DNA of 64,000 nt from Gekko japonicus (Eukaryota): positions 1 through 64,000 of the forward strand of contig NW_015175487.1 of the NCBI RefSeq assembly GCF_001447785.1. Reading direction: 5' to 3'. The position numbers were made by a program, and so were the translations under genes. The notes under the pieces are model-generated. The model was not told where the DNA came from. It made no database searches and saw nothing but the letters and a program-made list of their open reading frames with translations. This document shows positions 63,003 to 64,000 of the stretch, piece after piece (the stretch's first letter is position 1; every line of letters starts with the position of its first letter).

Positions 63003-63447
63003 GGCCCCGGTCACACGGGAGACTTTGGCCCGGGAGAGGGACGGATCGGGGGCACAGCAAACGGGCGCGATCTCACCACAACATCTGGGAAGCGGCGCGT
63101 CCCCATCCCCGATCCGTCCCTAAACCCGGAAAACCCGCTGCAAAAAAGAACCTCCTACAGAGGAGGACTTATCTGAAGCACCGCTGCAAGCACGGCCGTG
63201 GGATCGCTGCCATGCCCGTAGTCCGGATTAATCGAGGCTCCCCATCGAACTGCGCATGCGCACACATGCGCAGTTCGGCTGTCGCGCTCTTTCTTCAGTG
63301 GCTTCCCCCCGGCATCTGATCATGCCGGGGAGGAAGTGCGCGGCGGCTCAGGGGATCTATGTGATCCCGCCGCCGCGTCTCTCTTTTGCTGCGGCTTTAG
63401 AAAGCCACACTTTGCCCGTGCTATTCCCCCCCCATGTGGCAGGGGCC
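63003..63447. mobile_element. PIF/Harbinger-type MITE
   Basis: TIRs GGCCCCGGTCACACGGG / CCCATGTGGCAGGGGCC and TTA TSD; CpG-rich. Confidence 0.75.
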
Positions 63448-64000
63448 TTACATTTATTCAAGTAGATTCAGTTCACATTCAGATTGTAGTTGAAAGGAGA
63501 GCCTAAGATAAAGGCTTACTGTTTGCCTCCCTGTAGCTGACAAACTTCCACCCCTGCCCACAATTGCTCACACTTAATCAATTGAGCAGCAGGAGGAGGG
63601 GAAAAATGGGAGAAATGACATCACAGCATCAGTGACGCTCTAGAAATTTCCCCTAATCTCAGTGGCCTTTTGTTGCCATGCTAACCATTTGGGATGAAAG
63701 GATTATTAATGTCATTATTAACCTTAATGTTATCACACTTTACCGTGGAGATTGGAGTAGTTCCTAGAGCGTTATGTGAGCCGTGGTGTTAGGCTGGAGT
63801 GGCCAGCTTGTCCGGCATCACGTATATGGGAGTATGAGGGCATTGTCTCTGCAGAAGAGATCTGCAGAGATGTGTGTCTCCATGGAAGGCCATGTTGAGA
63901 GAGGGAGAAGACAAAAGTAAGCAAGGGAGGAGGGGTCAGAGGGCAGCTCCCAGATTAAGACGAAGAAAGGCATCCTATTCAAGGAGATAATGCCTATACA

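Overview
Vertebrate genomic DNA, almost certainly a squamate and probably a gecko. This is inferred from Sauria SINEs, Squam3-type tRNA SINEs, 5S-derived SINEs, and CR1/L2/L1/RTE/Rex/Penelope fragments. There are five N-gaps. The window is part of a class II olfactory receptor (OR) cluster with four intact single-exon OR genes: an OR1K1-like gene (+, 3535-4473), two OR1B1-like paralogues (-, 8585-9517 and 39200-40135) and an OR1L/J-like gene (-, 57830-58768). Between the two OR1B1-like genes I reconstruct from splice phases a multi-exon, non-OR protein-coding gene on + (about 22.4/24.8-37.0 kb, at least 853 aa) that I cannot assign to a family. It has a basic amphipathic N-terminal exon, a 1386-nt helical exon, four tandem copies of a two-exon 85-aa acidic/Ser-rich module, and a polybasic C-terminus ending RRLFWCGSKRQRP. 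The rest is a dense, nested transposon landscape: hAT and Harbinger MITEs with target-site duplications (TSDs), solo LTRs, an L1 with a 5' inversion, and Penelope relics with hammerhead-like motifs. There is also a candidate homeodomain + O/E OR regulatory element at about 21.1 kb. Family assignments come from recalled motifs, not database searches.
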